In this document: piece by piece, positions 38,794 through 42,443 of the stretch
Numbering within the stretch: position 1 is the first letter of the stretch
Layout: the number at the start of each line of letters is the position of its first letter
Origin: an uncultured delta proteobacterium
Lineage (GTDB): Bacteria > Myxococcota > Myxococcia > Myxococcales > Myxococcaceae
Direction: 5' to 3'
DNA: 42,443 bases
Assembly (NCBI GenBank): GCA_963776345.1
Contig: CAVZMH010000005.1
Location: 1 to 42,443, forward strand
The notes under the pieces: generated by a model
What the model was told of the DNA's origin: nothing
Seen by the model: only the letters and a program-made list of their open reading frames with translations
The model's database searches: none
Made by a program: the position numbers and the translations under genes

Positions 38794-39665
38794 GGTCGAA
38801 GTGCCTCCACCAGCGCGGCGGTGAACGCCCGGCCCACCGACCCCCCGGGGTCGCGGTCCGGGTCGTAGATGGTGAACTCGACCCCCAGCGCGCGGGGCGA
38901 GGCCAGGAGCGGACGGAGCAGTCCCACCAGCGCCTCGTACGACAGTCCGCCGGGCTCGCGCGAGTCCACCGCCGGCATGATGCGGTCGTCGAGGACGTCG
39001 GCGTCCACGTGGATCCAGAAGCCCGGGCGGGGGTCCAGCAGCTCCAGGACCCGGGCGGCGATGTCCCGCGGGCCGGTCCGCTCGATCTCGGCGAGGTCGA
39101 GCACCGGGATGCCCGAGGCGCGGAACGACGGGTCCTCCTCGCGGAGGCCCAGGTGAACGACCGACTCCCGGTCGACGAGCGGTCCGTCCGGTGCGAGGGC
39201 GGACAGCAGCGGCGGCCCGATGCCCACCGCGAGCGCGAGATCCATGCCCGCCGCACCCGAGGTGCTGGACCGCTCGGGCGTGTTGAAGTCCGAGTGGCCG
39301 TCGAGGAAGACGAGGCCGAGCCGGTCCACGTGCCGCCGGGCGCCGAGCAGGTTGCCGAGGAGGATGCTGCAGTCGCCGCCCAGCACCACCGCCAGCTCCT
39401 CGCGCAGCACGATGCTCTCCACGGTGTCGGCCAGCGCGCGCGCGTACCGGGCGATGGCCTCGGCGTTCCGGATGCCGCAGGGGTGAATCCCGGTCCCGTA
39501 CGGGGGCGGCTCGACCCGGCCGGCGTCTCGCGCGCCCAGCCGGGCCCGGAGGCCGTTCCACCGCAGCACGTCGGGCATCCGCCGCGTGCCCGGCTCGCGC
39601 CCCGGCGCGGGGGGCGCGAGACCGAGGTTCGAGGGCGCGTCGAGGACGGTCCGGGGCTTCAGCAT
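38790..39665 (-). CDS. Arginase/ureohydrolase-family protein
   Basis: 'LGGDCSILLG', 'DGHSDF', 'HVDADVLD', 'PGGLS'. Confidence 0.9.
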
Positions 39666-40268
39666 GGCGGGGCCTCCGCGAAGAGCCGGTGCGCGGCCGG
39701 ACGGTCCAGGAGCCGGTTCCGGTAGGCGCGGAGCGCGGGGAAGCGCTCGAGGTGGCCCTGCCGTCCGGCCCAGGCGAGCATCGCCGCGAGCACCAGGTCG
39801 GCTACCTGGACTCGCTCGCCCAGGAGCGCCGGGTGGCCGGCCAGCGTGCGCTCGAGGAGCTCGAGGGGTGGACGCAGGCGCCCGGCGGCCCAGGGCACCA
39901 CCGCCGCGTTCCGTCTGCGCCGGGGGAAGCTCGTCCGTGTGAAGACAGATGAGGTCGAGCAGCGGCTCCACCTCGGTCACCGCGAGCATCAGCCACTGGT
40001 CGTGCGTGGCCCGCTCCGGGGTTCCGGGGCGAGGGATGAGCCCGCGCTCCGGACGGCGGTCGGCCAGCCAGGTGCAGAGCGCGACCGACTCGAACCGCCG
40101 CACGCCGTCGTCGTCCTCCAGCACCGGCACGCGTCCCAGCGGGTGCAGCCGGAACCGCTCCGGCGTCCCGCTCTCCGGGGCGAGCACCCGCTGGTACGGC
40201 TCGCCGAGCTCCGCCAGCACCCACTCCACCCGGGAGGCCCGGGTCTGCGGCCGCCAGTACAGTCTCAT
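39659..40268 (-). CDS. Glutathione S-transferase with one apparent +1 frameshift (about 39913-39926)
   Basis: 'TRASRVEWVLAELG', 'HPLGRVPVL', 'FESVAL'; C-terminal domain 'LERTLAGHPALLGERVQVADL...FPALRAYRNRLLDRPA' in another frame; span 610 = 3n+1. Confidence 0.85.
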
Positions 40269-40276
40269 CGCCTCAC

Positions 40277-40354
40277 CTAACCTTTTAAATGACGTTGGAT
40301 GGTGAGACGATGGATCGGACGATTCTCACCTGTCAAGTCACCATGACTGGTTAG
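40277..40354. promoter_or_regulatory. Tandem palindromic operator array CT(A/C)ACC-N18-GGT(T/G)AG x2
   Basis: CTAACC (40277), GGTGAG (40301), CTCACC (40325), GGTTAG (40349), each separated by exactly 18 nt, in the divergent GST/CGNR intergenic region. Confidence 0.75.
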
Positions 40355-40363
40355 ACTGCTGGC

Positions 40364-41008
40364 ATGCTCCTTCCGGGCACACACCGCTTCAAGCTGGCCG
40401 GCGGCCACCCGGTGCTCGACTTCCTGAACACCGTGGGTGGGAACCGGCTGACGGCCCCGCGCGACGACCTCGCCACGCCCGAGGACCTGGTCTCCTGGGG
40501 CCTCCAGTCCGGGTGGCTGGACCAGGACCGCGCCCATCCGATGCTGGTGGAGATCCAGCTCCGCCCCGCCGAGGCCCGCGCCGCGCTGGCCCGCGTGCGC
40601 GCCTTCCGCGAGGCGCTTTTCCGAGTCTTCCTCGCCGCTTCCGAGGACGCCCAGCCCGCCCCCGAGCCGCTGGACGCCTTCGAGCGCGAGGTGCGTCGGG
40701 CCTGGTCCGACCGGCGGCTGGTGCGCACGCCGGACCGCGGCTACCGCTGGGTGTCGCCCGACTCGGCGCGGCTCGACGGCGTCATCCCGGGGCTCGCGCT
40801 GGCCGCGTCCGAGCTCCTCACCGGCGGCGACCGCGGGCGCATCCGGATCTGCGAGGCCACCGCCCTGGACGGTTGCGGCTGGCTGTTCCTGGACACCAGC
40901 AAGAACGGAACTCGCCGCTGGTGCGAGATGGCGACCTGCGGCAACCGGTACAAGGCGCGGCGTCACTACGCGCGGGTGCGCGGAGGCCGGAGCACCCTCG
41001 GCAAGTAG
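40364..41008 (+). CDS. ABATE/CGNR zinc-finger protein (putative regulator)
   Basis: 'LDFLNT'; 'RICEA....CGWLFLDTSKNGTRRWCEMATCGNRYKARRH'. Confidence 0.94.
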   Translation: MLLPGTHRFKLAGGHPVLDFLNTVGGNRLTAPRDDLATPEDLVSWGLQSGWLDQDRAHPMLVEIQLRPAEARAALARVRAFREALFRVFLAASEDAQPAPEPLDAFEREVRRAWSDRRLVRTPDRGYRWVSPDSARLDGVIPGLALAASELLTGGDRGRIRICEATALDGCGWLFLDTSKNGTRRWCEMATCGNRYKARRHYARVRGGRSTLGK

Positions 41009-42442
<1,434 letters not shown>

Positions 42443-42443
42443 G

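Overview
Very GC-rich bacterial chromosomal segment, most likely from a myxobacterium or related deltaproteobacterium (inferred from gene content; no search was run). No tRNA, rRNA, IS, prophage or CRISPR array was seen. Left to right: a truncated DUF4175-like membrane/coiled-coil gene; a putative sigma54-driven pair (small beta-rich protein plus ComEA-type HhH protein); an internally deleted remnant of an M13 peptidase paralogue followed by an intact M13 peptidase; a TonB-C-like lipoprotein divergent from a cobalamin riboswitch that leads a B12 uptake operon (btuB, Cys-rich lipoprotein, btuF, btuC, btuD, tonB); Fur-family regulator, HIT and YceI genes; a GT22-like mannosyltransferase divergent from an hprK-rapZ-mannose-family PTS-ptsH-ptsI cluster; a stand-alone CarH-type B12-binding protein; alpha/beta hydrolase, PPK2, an M16 peptidase pair, an ArnT-like GT, metK, a YcaQ-type glycosylase, an orphan duplicated permease; a GST/arginase-like/M20 operon divergent from an ABATE/CGNR regulator; and ahcY. 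The best leads are the candidate DNA-handling pair with a sigma54 promoter and a LexA-like or enhancer palindrome, a 24-bp-periodic four-half-site operator next to the CGNR regulator, the M13 deletion scar, and the accessory proteins around the B12 locus. Six single-base insertions in four genes look like long-read errors, so pseudogene calls need read-level checks. Most long ORFs in the supplied track are GC-rich shadow frames.
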